From positions 2,942 through 66,941 of the forward strand of contig JAZQOS010000020.1 of the NCBI GenBank assembly GCA_045627925.1: 64,000 nt of DNA, written 5' to 3'. Shown piece by piece: positions 47,759 through 56,950 of this stretch. The stretch comes from Kiritimatiellia bacterium. GTDB lineage: Bacteria > Verrucomicrobiota > Kiritimatiellia > RFP12 > UBA1067. The notes beneath the pieces are model-generated. The model made no database searches and was not told the DNA's origin. It worked only from the letters and a program-made list of their open reading frames with translations. A program made the position numbers and the translations under genes. The number at the start of each line of letters is the position of its first letter. Within the stretch, counting starts at the first letter, position 1.

Positions 47759-48616
47759 ATGGAAAAGATAAAGTACTGCGAAATTCGCAAGGAAGCGTGG
47801 ACGCGGCTTTTTGGCGCCAATGGCTGGTTTTGGCGTATTGTCGGTTCGTTGCTGCTATTTGGTTTTGTCGGACAGTTGGTTCTTGGCCCCGTTCAAAAGA
47901 TGACGGAAGTGGCGCTTGCCGGCAGTCCGGAGCGTGGGTTTGGTATGCATACCGTTGGTGCGCTACTGCTTTTCCTGTTTGTCGCTTTGGTGATTAATGC
48001 AATCGGTGCCTACGGCGGCGCGAGAGTTTTTGCTAATTGCGTGCGCTCTTCGAACGAAGGGTGCTTGAAGGCGATGTTCTCCGGCTTCAAGTCGCCGCTC
48101 TCGCTTTTAGCATTGTATTTTTGTCTTGTAATGATTGTGATTTTTGCGCTCGTTATTCCGCTCGGCCTTGGCGTGGTCTGTTGCGATAATTTGACGCTTG
48201 ATATGTCGCCGCACAACGTCTACTTCGGTCTGGGCGCCGTAGTCGCGTTTTTCGTCGCGCTGTGGATTGCAATGGTTCTTTTTTATCGTTATCGCTTCGC
48301 GTTCTTCTTCAAAGTGGACAATCCCGACTGGTCGGCGGTGAAGTGCATTCGGGAAAGTACGACGAGGATGCGCGGCAAGAAGTGGCGGCTATTTATGTTG
48401 GATTGCTCGTATTGGCTGTCGATAACCGTCGTTTTGGTGTTGATGCTGGCGGTGATGGCGACGACTTACATGTCTATCACCGCTGAAAGTGCGGGTTTGC
48501 TTTTTGCGGATGCGGCGCTTATTTTTGCGGCGATGTGCGCGAGTTACGTAGTCGGCGTTTATTTCGCCGTCGGCGGCGCGATTTTCTATCGTGATTACGT
48601 TGCCAGCGCCGCGTGA
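47759..48616 (+). CDS. DUF975-like membrane protein
   Basis: YRYRFAFF...NPDWSAVKCIRES...MRGKKWRLFML pattern; multiple TM helices. Confidence 0.7.
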   Translation: MEKIKYCEIRKEAWTRLFGANGWFWRIVGSLLLFGFVGQLVLGPVQKMTEVALAGSPERGFGMHTVGALLLFLFVALVINAIGAYGGARVFANCVRSSNEGCLKAMFSGFKSPLSLLALYFCLVMIVIFALVIPLGLGVVCCDNLTLDMSPHNVYFGLGAVVAFFVALWIAMVLFYRYRFAFFFKVDNPDWSAVKCIRESTTRMRGKKWRLFMLDCSYWLSITVVLVLMLAVMATTYMSITAESAGLLFADAALIFAAMCASYVVGVYFAVGGAIFYRDYVASAA

Positions 48617-48719
48617 ACGCCGATTGCACGATATTGGTCGCGCTCGCCTTCAAAATGCTGCCGGTCGAACTTATCGTTCGGCTTCAGAACGGGTTGCATT
48701 TTTGATATAATACTCCCGT

Positions 48720-49541
48720 ATGAAAATAGTTTCCGTTGACAAAGGAGTGGCGTTCGGCAAGGACAAGCTCGTGTTCATTGCCGGACCTTGCGTAATCGAG
48801 TCGCGCGCGATGGCGCTCGACCTCGCGGAAAAGCTTTCGCGGCTTGCGAAAAAGTTGAAAGTGCCTTACATATTCAAGGCGAGTTTCGACAAGGCCAATC
48901 GCACCAGCGTCGATTCGTTCCGCGGCCCCGGTCTCGACAAGGGTCTTGAAATTCTCGCGGAGATTCGCGCCAAGTACGACGTTCCCGTTCTTACCGACGT
49001 TCACGAACCATGGCAGGCGAAGGTCGTCGCCGAAGTGTGCGACGTTTTGCAAATTCCGGCGTTTCTCGCTCGCCAGACCGACCTCGTAATCGCCGCCGGC
49101 GAAACCGGAGCGGTGGTGAACGACAAGAAGGGCCAGTTCATGGCGCCGGAGGACATGGTTCAGGTCGTCCGCAAGATCGAGTCAACCGGCAATAAGCGCA
49201 TCGTCCTTTGCGAGCGCGGCAGTTCCTTCGGTTATCGCAATCTCGTCGTGGATATGCGATCGCTGGCGATTATGCGCGAAACGGGATATCCGGTGGTGAT
49301 GGACGCGACCCACGCCGTGCAGCATCCCGGCGGGTTGGGCACGGGTTCGGGCGGCGATGGCAAGTTCGCGCCGCTCATCGCGCGCGCGGCGGTGGCGACC
49401 GGAGCGGTGGACGGCGTTTTCATGGAAACTCACGTGAATCCCAAGGTCGCGAAGAGCGACGCCGCGAACGCGATTCGTTTCGCCGAGGTTGAATCGCTTT
49501 GGAAAAAGCTCGTCGCCATCAAACGAACGGTCGAGGATTAA
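48720..49541 (+). CDS. kdsA: KDO8P synthase
   Basis: IAGPCVIES, KASFDKANRTS, QIPAFLARQT and DATH. Confidence 0.97.
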   Translation: MKIVSVDKGVAFGKDKLVFIAGPCVIESRAMALDLAEKLSRLAKKLKVPYIFKASFDKANRTSVDSFRGPGLDKGLEILAEIRAKYDVPVLTDVHEPWQAKVVAEVCDVLQIPAFLARQTDLVIAAGETGAVVNDKKGQFMAPEDMVQVVRKIESTGNKRIVLCERGSSFGYRNLVVDMRSLAIMRETGYPVVMDATHAVQHPGGLGTGSGGDGKFAPLIARAAVATGAVDGVFMETHVNPKVAKSDAANAIRFAEVESLWKKLVAIKRTVED

Positions 49542-49542
49542 C

Positions 49543-50103
49543 ATGAAATCCTCAACCTCCAGCCTCCACCTCTGTCCAACTCCAACCATTCTCTCCAACT
49601 CATTCCTTTTTTTCATCTTCACCTTCGCCTCCCTATCCTCCTTCGCCTTCGACTCGGAGGCGTGGCTTGGCAAACGTGAAATGCTTACTCGCGAAGCCGA
49701 GCGGCTGCGTGCGGCGTATTCGAATTGCACGGCGCGCGTCGATCAATCCGCCGAGGGAATGGTCGTGCCGATCGAGACCTATCCGAATGGCGCGATCAAG
49801 TATTCCATTGCCGCCGACCGGGCGCAGTTCTTCCTGAAGGAAGGGCTCATTTGGGCCGATGGCGTTGTCATTACCCAGCTCGATTTGGACGGCAAGGAGC
49901 TTTCGCGCATCGAGGCCAGGAGTTGCGTCGTTGATCGCGACACCAAAAGCGGTTGGGTCGAGGGACGCGCGCGGATTGTGCGCGACCGGACTTCGTTCAC
50001 CGGCGAGGGTGTTTATTTCTCTTCGCCGGAGAACTACGTCATCAGTTTCGATGCTTCGCGGGTCGAGTCGAAAGATGTGAAGACCGGAGGGTTGCCGCTA
50101 TGA
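49543..50103 (+). CDS. LptC-like LPS export protein
   Basis: Lies between kdsA and lptA/lptB; N-terminal hydrophobic segment and beta-rich C-terminus. Confidence 0.55.
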   Translation: MKSSTSSLHLCPTPTILSNSFLFFIFTFASLSSFAFDSEAWLGKREMLTREAERLRAAYSNCTARVDQSAEGMVVPIETYPNGAIKYSIAADRAQFFLKEGLIWADGVVITQLDLDGKELSRIEARSCVVDRDTKSGWVEGRARIVRDRTSFTGEGVYFSSPENYVISFDASRVESKDVKTGGLPL

Positions 50104-50603
50104 CGCTCGCAATGCTGATCGTTTTCGCCTGGTCGCTTTTCGGTCTTGAGGACGCGCTCTTCGGGGATAACGACAAGGAGACGACCGAAACGCAATCGGA
50201 GGGCGTGGAAATCACCGCGCGACGGAGCGATCTCGACAAGGGCGAGGGCGTGGTGATGTTCGAGGGCGGCGCGTTCGTTCGCTATGCCGCCGACTACAAT
50301 CTTCACGCCGATCGACTCTTCGCGTTCTTCAATTCCTCGAACGAGTTGGAGCGTATCGTCGCGCTCGGCGATGTCGCGATTACCAATCGTCAGCGTCACG
50401 GCGAATGTGCAATGGCGCAGTTTCGGCGCGGTGCTGGAGAGATCGAGCTTTACGGCGACGAAAACGCGCCGGCTTCGCTCGCCGAGGAGGGCAAGGATGC
50501 GCTGCGCGGCAAACGCATCAAATTCTGGATCGAATCCGAGCAGGTTCAGGTGGACGGCTCGGAAATCTCCATCGAAGACGGCGGAAAGGGACTTAAATTA
50601 TGA
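50100..50603 (+). CDS. LptA/OstA-like protein
   Basis: ITA...FEG...ADRL...RIVALGDVAI...LRGKRIKF jellyroll pattern; precedes lptB. Confidence 0.7.
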   Translation: MTLAMLIVFAWSLFGLEDALFGDNDKETTETQSEGVEITARRSDLDKGEGVVMFEGGAFVRYAADYNLHADRLFAFFNSSNELERIVALGDVAITNRQRHGECAMAQFRRGAGEIELYGDENAPASLAEEGKDALRGKRIKFWIESEQVQVDGSEISIEDGGKGLKL

Positions 50604-51376
50604 GCGACTTGGTGATGGATGCGATGAGCGCGATGGCGTCGGAGCGCGCGCAGACGGCGGATTTGGAGGCAAGAGGTCTCGTCAAGGTTTATGGCGACAG
50701 AACCGTCGTCAGCGGCATGGACGTCAAATGCTCCTGCGGAGAGATCGTCGGCATCCTCGGACCGAATGGCGCGGGCAAGACGACGACTTTCTACATGATC
50801 GTCGGGCTGGTGAAGCCGGAGGCGGGAAGCGTCGTGTTTCACGGCGAGGACATAACGCGTCTTCCGGTCTACAAGCGCGCTCGCAAGGGTCTTGGATATC
50901 TCGCGCAGGAGGCGAGCATCTTTCGCAAGCTCTCGGTTTGGGATAATGTGATGGCGATTTTGGAAACCTTGCCGCTTTCGCGCAAGGAACGCGCCGCTCG
51001 CGCCGAGGAGTTGCTCGCGCCGTTCGATCTTGTGAAAGTGGCCAAGCAGCCGGCCTACACGCTTTCCGGTGGCGAACGGCGCAAGCTCGAAATCGCGCGC
51101 GCGCTCGTACGGAATCCGGCGATTCTGATGCTCGACGAGCCGTTTGCGGGCGTCGATCCGCTTTCGGTGAACGAGATTCAGGAAATCGTCCGCCGTCTGG
51201 CGGCGAAGGGACTTGGAATCATCATTACCGACCACAACGTGCGAGAAACATTGAGTGTTGTAAATCGGGCGTATTTGGTGTATAATGGCAAGCTGTTGAA
51301 GGAAGGAACCAGCGACGAACTGGTAAACGACCCGGAGGTGCGCGAGAAATACCTCGGCGAGAACTTCCGGATGTAA
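50600..51376 (+). CDS. lptB: LPS export ABC ATPase
   Basis: GPNGAGKTTTFY, GYLAQEASIFRKL, DEPFAGVDP and ITDHNVRETL. Confidence 0.97.
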   Translation: MSDLVMDAMSAMASERAQTADLEARGLVKVYGDRTVVSGMDVKCSCGEIVGILGPNGAGKTTTFYMIVGLVKPEAGSVVFHGEDITRLPVYKRARKGLGYLAQEASIFRKLSVWDNVMAILETLPLSRKERAARAEELLAPFDLVKVAKQPAYTLSGGERRKLEIARALVRNPAILMLDEPFAGVDPLSVNEIQEIVRRLAAKGLGIIITDHNVRETLSVVNRAYLVYNGKLLKEGTSDELVNDPEVREKYLGENFRM

Positions 51377-51393
51377 AAGAAAGGAGCTCAAGA

Positions 51394-51729
51394 ATGAGCA
51401 TTGAAGTAACGATGAGACACAGCGACGTCAGGATCGAGTCGCTCAAGGAATACGCGGAAAAGCGCATGAATCTTCTGAAGGCGAGATTCCCGAAGGTGAC
51501 CAAGGCGGCGATCGTAATCGACATCGACGTCAAGAAGCACATGTACATGGCGGAAGTCGTCGCCAATCGCCTCGGCGAGACGGCGGTGGGCGCCAAGGAA
51601 TTCTCGGAGTCCGCGAAGAGCGTCATCGACGCGGCGGCGGCGCGGGCCGAGCGTCAGCTTCTGAAGATGCGGGTCAAGGCTCGCAAAGGCACGGTTCGCC
51701 GTCAGCGCGCGGCCTCGGCCAAGAATTGA
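51394..51729 (+). CDS. hpf: Ribosome hibernation factor HPF/RaiA family
   Basis: IEVTMRH...LKEYAEKR...IDAAAARAERQL; synteny with lptB and hprK. Confidence 0.8.
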   Translation: MSIEVTMRHSDVRIESLKEYAEKRMNLLKARFPKVTKAAIVIDIDVKKHMYMAEVVANRLGETAVGAKEFSESAKSVIDAAAARAERQLLKMRVKARKGTVRRQRAASAKN

Positions 51730-51732
51730 CGA

Positions 51733-52743
51733 ATGAAGCGACTGCCCTCCAAGGCGAATGCGCGGGGTTTCCTCACGGTCGCCGACTTCCTGGAAGCCGG
51801 TCGTGAGGAACTTCAGCTGACGCTGGTCGCGGGCGAAACGGCGCTCGACCGCAAGGTCGAGGAGCCGATCGTGAGCCGTCCCGGGCTCGCGCTCACCGGC
51901 TTTTACGAGCATTTCGCGTGGAAGCGGTTGCAGTTGATCGGCAAGAGCGAAACCGCGTATCTGAACTCGCTGGACGACAAGACGCGCTTCAAGCGCTTCA
52001 AGGCGCTGATCGAGCGCAAGGCGTTCTGCTTCGTCTTCACCAACGGGCAGCAACCTCGCAAGGAGGAAATTGCGATTGCCGACGAGATGGGCGCGGTCAT
52101 CATGACGACGCCGCTCAAGACTCGCGTTTTCGCGAGCCGCAGCGCGTTTGTGATCGAGGGCGTTTTGGCGCCGACGACGTCGATTTACGGGACGATGGTC
52201 GAAGTCGCGGGGCTCGGCGTCCTCATCGAGGGCGACCCCGGAGTCGGCAAGAGCGAGACCGCGCTCGGCCTTATCAAGCGTGGATGCGCGTTGATTGCCG
52301 ACGATCTTACCTGCATTCGCAAGGAAGTGGGCAACAATCTTCTTTTCGGTTCCGCCTCGGATTCGACCGCGGGCTATATGGAGATTCGCGGCATCGGCAT
52401 CATGCACATCCCCAGCCTCTTCGGCGTCTCGGCGATACGCGGCGAAAAGCGGCTGCAGCTCATAATTTCCTTCAAACGGCTCAGTGACGTTAAAAGTGAA
52501 CTCGATCGCGTGGGCCAAACGCGCCACTACAAGACGATTCTCGGCGTCGAGGTTCCTAACGTCATCATCCCGGTTTCGGCCGGACGCGACCTCGTAAATC
52601 TCGTCGAGACCGCGGCGATGCAGCAAAAACTTCTCTTTTCCGGAATGGATCCGGTAAGCTCGCTTTCGGAGCGTCTGCGCTGCCGCGCGGAGGAAAGCGC
52701 CCAAACTCCGGAAAAACGAAAGGGCAAGTCGAATGGCCGATAA
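51733..52743 (+). CDS. hprK: HPr kinase/phosphorylase
   Basis: RPGLALTG, GDPGVGKSE, ADD, MEIRGIGI and GRDL. Confidence 0.96.
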   Translation: MKRLPSKANARGFLTVADFLEAGREELQLTLVAGETALDRKVEEPIVSRPGLALTGFYEHFAWKRLQLIGKSETAYLNSLDDKTRFKRFKALIERKAFCFVFTNGQQPRKEEIAIADEMGAVIMTTPLKTRVFASRSAFVIEGVLAPTTSIYGTMVEVAGLGVLIEGDPGVGKSETALGLIKRGCALIADDLTCIRKEVGNNLLFGSASDSTAGYMEIRGIGIMHIPSLFGVSAIRGEKRLQLIISFKRLSDVKSELDRVGQTRHYKTILGVEVPNVIIPVSAGRDLVNLVETAAMQQKLLFSGMDPVSSLSERLRCRAEESAQTPEKRKGKSNGR

Positions 52744-53017
52744 ACTGGTGCGGGAGTTCGAACTCAAGAACAAGTACGGAATGCACGTCCGTCCCGCGGG
52801 ACTCTTCGCCAAGCTTGCGAGCAGGTACGAATCGGAAATCGACGTCGAGAAGGACGGTAACGTCGTCTCGGGCAAGTCCATTATGGCGCTGATGACGCTG
52901 GAGGCGGTTTGCGGCACGGTGCTCAAAGTCACGGCGCGCGGCAAGGACGCGCAGGAGGCGTTGGACGAATTGGAGGCGCTCGTCGAACGGAAGTTCGACA
53001 TCCCGGATGAGCAGTAG
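52733..53017 (+). CDS. ptsH: Phosphocarrier protein HPr
   Basis: GMHVRPA (His15) and GKSIMAL (Ser46). Confidence 0.96.
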   Translation: MADKLVREFELKNKYGMHVRPAGLFAKLASRYESEIDVEKDGNVVSGKSIMALMTLEAVCGTVLKVTARGKDAQEALDELEALVERKFDIPDEQ

Positions 53018-54797
53018 TCCGAGAATGCGCACCTTATCCGGGCTTGCCACGTCGAGGGGGTTTGTGGCGGGTCCGGTTTTCGTGTATCGTGGGGACGACG
53101 AAATTCCGCTTCCGGAGTATGTGGTCGAAGAGGGCGGTGAAGCGGCGGAACTCGCGAAATTCCGCAAGGCGATTGCCGACACGAGCAAGGAGCTGGAGGG
53201 AATCGTCGAAACGCTAAAATCGCGCATCGGCGGCAAGGACGACGTCAAGGTCTTCGAGTGTCACTTGATGCTGGTCGAAGATCCGGTGACCAAAGCCGAG
53301 ATCGAACGCTACATCTCGGACGAGCGGCTCAACGCCGCGGCCGCGGTTCGCAAAACGGCGGATCGCACGCGAGCGCAATTCGCGAAGATGAAAGACGAGT
53401 ATTTCCGCGAGCGGATGCGCGATATCGACGATGTGGAGAGACGGATTTTGAAGGCGCTTACCGGATTCGCCTCTTCGCCCTATCGCGAGTTGAAGACGCC
53501 GAGCATTGTCGTCGCGGACGATCTCACGCCTTCCGAAACCGTGCAGATGCCGCGCGAGTACGTGCTCGGATTCGCGACCAACGGCGGTTCGCCGACGAGT
53601 CATGTCGCGCTTTTGGCGCGGGCGATGGGGCTGCCGGCGGTAACCGGACTTGGCGAAATCACCGAACTCGTTTCGCCCGGCGAAACGGTGCTTTTGGACG
53701 GAACCAACGGCGCGATTACCATTGCGCCCGACGAGGCGACGGAGCGGGAATTTCGCGCGCTCGCCGAACGGCAGAAGGCGAGCAACTTGTCGGCGCTCGT
53801 CGGAAAACCGGCGGGTACGCTCGCGGACGGCGGCGAGGTGCTCATTTTCGCGAACGTCCACCCCGGAGTGCCGATTGGCGGATTGAAGGAGCACGGCGCG
53901 CGCGGCATTGGTCTATATCGCAGCGAATATCTTTGGCTCAATCGTGGGTCCGAACCGACCGAAGAGGAACAGTTCGTCGCCTATCGCGACGCGGCGAAGT
54001 TTGTAACCTCTCTCTCGCCGGAGGCCACGATCACCATTCGCACGCTGGACATCGGCGGCGACAAGGCGGTGAAGGGAATCTCGATTCGCGAGGCGAATCC
54101 GTTTCTCGGCAACCGTTCGATTCGCTATCTCCTGTCCAATCGCGGAGTCTACCATACGCAACTAAGGGCGATTCTTCGCGCTTCGGCGTTCGGACGGATT
54201 TGCGTCATGAACCCGATGATTTCGTGCGTGGAGGAAGTCGAGGCGGCGGCGGCGGCGATTGAGGCGGTGAAGCACGAGCTCGACCGCGAAGGCGTCGCCT
54301 ACGACAAGTCCATTCGCATCGGTGCGATGATTGAAGTTCCGGCGGCGGCGCTCAACGCCGACGCGATTGCGAAAAAGGTGGACTTTCTTTCAATCGGCAC
54401 CAACGATTTAATCCAGTACACGATGGCGGCGGATCGCAGCAACGAGGCGGTGGCCCACCTCTACCAGCCGACCAATCCCGCAGTGCTGAAGTTGATGCGC
54501 TACGTCATCGCGGCGGCGAAGCGCAATCGCATTCCCGTCGGAGTTTGCGGCGAATCCGCCGCCGATCCGATTATGGGAGTGTTGTGGGCGGCGATGGGAA
54601 TCGACATGCTGTCGATGTCGACGACTTACATTCCGGTGATGGCGAAGCTCTTTTCCCGGCTCACGCGCGCCGATCTCGCCGAGTATCTCGCGGTTTCGGA
54701 GTCGGCGGGCGACGGTGCGAGCGCGAGCGAAATTCTCGACGTCTGTCGCAAATGGTTGATCAAGAAGATTCCCGATTTGGAGAAACTCGTCGCATGA
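53007..54797 (+). CDS. ptsI: PTS enzyme I
   Basis: TSHVALLARA, GLYRSE, RTLDIGGDK, SIGTNDL and VCGE; alternative start at 53025. Confidence 0.96.
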   Translation: MSSSPRMRTLSGLATSRGFVAGPVFVYRGDDEIPLPEYVVEEGGEAAELAKFRKAIADTSKELEGIVETLKSRIGGKDDVKVFECHLMLVEDPVTKAEIERYISDERLNAAAAVRKTADRTRAQFAKMKDEYFRERMRDIDDVERRILKALTGFASSPYRELKTPSIVVADDLTPSETVQMPREYVLGFATNGGSPTSHVALLARAMGLPAVTGLGEITELVSPGETVLLDGTNGAITIAPDEATEREFRALAERQKASNLSALVGKPAGTLADGGEVLIFANVHPGVPIGGLKEHGARGIGLYRSEYLWLNRGSEPTEEEQFVAYRDAAKFVTSLSPEATITIRTLDIGGDKAVKGISIREANPFLGNRSIRYLLSNRGVYHTQLRAILRASAFGRICVMNPMISCVEEVEAAAAAIEAVKHELDREGVAYDKSIRIGAMIEVPAAALNADAIAKKVDFLSIGTNDLIQYTMAADRSNEAVAHLYQPTNPAVLKLMRYVIAAAKRNRIPVGVCGESAADPIMGVLWAAMGIDMLSMSTTYIPVMAKLFSRLTRADLAEYLAVSESAGDGASASEILDVCRKWLIKKIPDLEKLVA

Positions 54798-55471
54798 AGC
54801 GCGTACTGGTAACCGGCAGTTCCCGTGGCATCGGCAAGGCGATTGCCGACGCACTTGTCGCCGAGGGCTACGAAGTCGTGACCCATTCCGTAAAATCTTT
54901 CGGGACGACGCTTCGCTTCGATATCGCCGATCGAGCGGCCGCGGCGAAGGCGATCGGCGAGGATATTGCCGCGCACGGGCCCTACTACGGCGTCGTCCTC
55001 AATGCGGGCGTCAATCGCGACAATGCCTTTCCGGCGATGGATGACAAGGAGTGGGACGAGGTGATCAACGTCGACTTGAACGGGTTCTACAACGTTTTGA
55101 AGCCGTGCGTGATGCCGATGGTGTCTGCGCGCATCAAGGGTCGGATCGTCGCGATTTCGTCGGTTTCCGGCGTCGTCGGCAATCGTGGGCAGGTGAATTA
55201 CTCGGCGGCGAAGGCGGGGATTATCGGGGCCGCGAAGGCGCTGGCGGTCGAGCTCGCCAAGCGCGGCATTACCGTGAACGCTATCGCGCCCGGGGTAATC
55301 GAAACGGAAATGACGGAGAATCTTGAATTTGCGGATGAAATTCGCAAGGCGATTCCTATGCGTCGTTTCGGTACGGCGGAAGAAGTCGCCTCGCTCGTTA
55401 AATATCTCTTATCTGATGGCGCCGCGTATCTAACGCGGCAGGTTATCAGCGTGAACGGAGGACTTTTCTGA
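54794..55471 (+). CDS. fabG: 3-oxoacyl-ACP reductase (SDR)
   Basis: TGSSRGIG, NAG and GQVNYSAAK. Confidence 0.88.
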   Translation: MKRVLVTGSSRGIGKAIADALVAEGYEVVTHSVKSFGTTLRFDIADRAAAAKAIGEDIAAHGPYYGVVLNAGVNRDNAFPAMDDKEWDEVINVDLNGFYNVLKPCVMPMVSARIKGRIVAISSVSGVVGNRGQVNYSAAKAGIIGAAKALAVELAKRGITVNAIAPGVIETEMTENLEFADEIRKAIPMRRFGTAEEVASLVKYLLSDGAAYLTRQVISVNGGLF

Positions 55472-56649
55472 TGGCGAGAACGGTTTATTTCGACAATAAT
55501 GCGACTACGCGAGTTGCGCCCGAGGCGGTGGAGGCGATGAAGCCGTTTTTCGGGGAGTTCTACGGCAACCCGAGCTCGATGCACGCTTTCGGCGGCGAGG
55601 TTGCGAAATACGTGGAAAAAGCGCGCGAGGAAGTGGCGGCGTTCATCAACGCCGAACCGGACGAAATCGTCTTTACCTCGTGTGCGACCGAATCTGACAA
55701 TTCCGCGATTCGTGGCGTCACCGATTGGTTCGGCAAGGACTTGAAGGTCATTACCACCGCCGTCGAACATCCTGCGGTGTTGCAGCCCTGTCGTCGACTC
55801 AAGGCGATGGGACACGAGGTCGTAGAGCTTAAAGTGGACAAGTCGGGGCAGCTCGACATCGAGGAATTGCGCACCGAGGTGCGGGAGAATTCGCTCGTTT
55901 CGATTATGTGGGCGAATAACGAAACCGGCGTCGTTTTCCCGATCGAGGAAGCGGTGAAGATTTGCAAGGAAAAAGGCGCCATCTTTCATACCGACGCCGT
56001 GCAAGTCGCGGGCAAGATTCCGGTGGATGTGAAGAAAGTTCCCGTCGATATGCTTTCGATGTCGGGCCACAAGTTCCACGCGCCGAAAGGCGTGGGGATT
56101 TTCTACATCCGCAGGGGAACTAAGGCGAAGCCGTTTATGCTGGGCGGCCACCAGGAGCGCGGTCGGCGCGCGGGAACCGAAAACGTTCCCTACATCGTCG
56201 CGCTCGCCAAGGCGTGCGAGCTTGCGCGGAAGGGCATGGCGGAGGAGGCGAAAGCGCTTGCGGCGATGCGCGATCGGCTGGAGGCGGGGATTCTCGCGAA
56301 GTGCCCGAACGTGCTGATTAACGGAGATAAGGCGCATCGACTACCCAATACGCTTAACGTCAGTTTTGAATACGTCGAAGGCGAGGCGATTGCCTACCAT
56401 TTGAGCGATCGCGGAATTTGCATTTCCACCGGCTCGGCGTGCGCCTCGGGCTCGCTCGATCCGAGTCACGTAATTCGCGCGATGGGCGTGCCGTTTACCG
56501 CCGTTCACGGTTCGGTGCGATTCTCGCTTTCGCGCTACAACACAATGGACGAGGTGTCTTACGTGCTCGAAGAGTTGCCGCCGATAATCGCGAAGTTGCG
56601 TCGTCTTTCGCCGTTCGGCCCGGGAAAGGACGTTTCGACCTATGCGTAA
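55471..56649 (+). CDS. nifS: Cysteine desulfurase
   Basis: YFDNNATT, HTDAVQ, SGHKFH and STGSACAS. Confidence 0.93.
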   Translation: MARTVYFDNNATTRVAPEAVEAMKPFFGEFYGNPSSMHAFGGEVAKYVEKAREEVAAFINAEPDEIVFTSCATESDNSAIRGVTDWFGKDLKVITTAVEHPAVLQPCRRLKAMGHEVVELKVDKSGQLDIEELRTEVRENSLVSIMWANNETGVVFPIEEAVKICKEKGAIFHTDAVQVAGKIPVDVKKVPVDMLSMSGHKFHAPKGVGIFYIRRGTKAKPFMLGGHQERGRRAGTENVPYIVALAKACELARKGMAEEAKALAAMRDRLEAGILAKCPNVLINGDKAHRLPNTLNVSFEYVEGEAIAYHLSDRGICISTGSACASGSLDPSHVIRAMGVPFTAVHGSVRFSLSRYNTMDEVSYVLEELPPIIAKLRRLSPFGPGKDVSTYA

Positions 56650-56950
56650 GTTCGTGGCATTGGCGCTTTTGCTCGCGCTCGCTGGTTGTCGGCGCGAGGA
56701 CTTCCGCGTTTGCGTAGTGGAGATGCCGGATCTTCGCGCCGACGCGCAGACGACCCAGAGCGTCGTAAAGGCGATTTCGATTTATCGTGGCGTGGATCTT
56801 GATTCGCTTGAATGGGATTTTGCCGCGAAAACGCTGAAAGTGCGGTACGATTCGATGCAGCTCGCGGAGGCGAATCTTCGCTATGCAATCGAGGAAGCGG
56901 GAGTGAAAGTCCGCTTTCCGAAGAAGCTTGATAAACATGCCGGCCATTGA
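56642..56950 (+). CDS. Small lipoprotein, HMA-like fold
   Basis: Lipobox LAGC; ferredoxin-like pattern ending AIEEAG. Confidence 0.65.
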   Translation: MRKFVALALLLALAGCRREDFRVCVVEMPDLRADAQTTQSVVKAISIYRGVDLDSLEWDFAAKTLKVRYDSMQLAEANLRYAIEEAGVKVRFPKKLDKHAGH

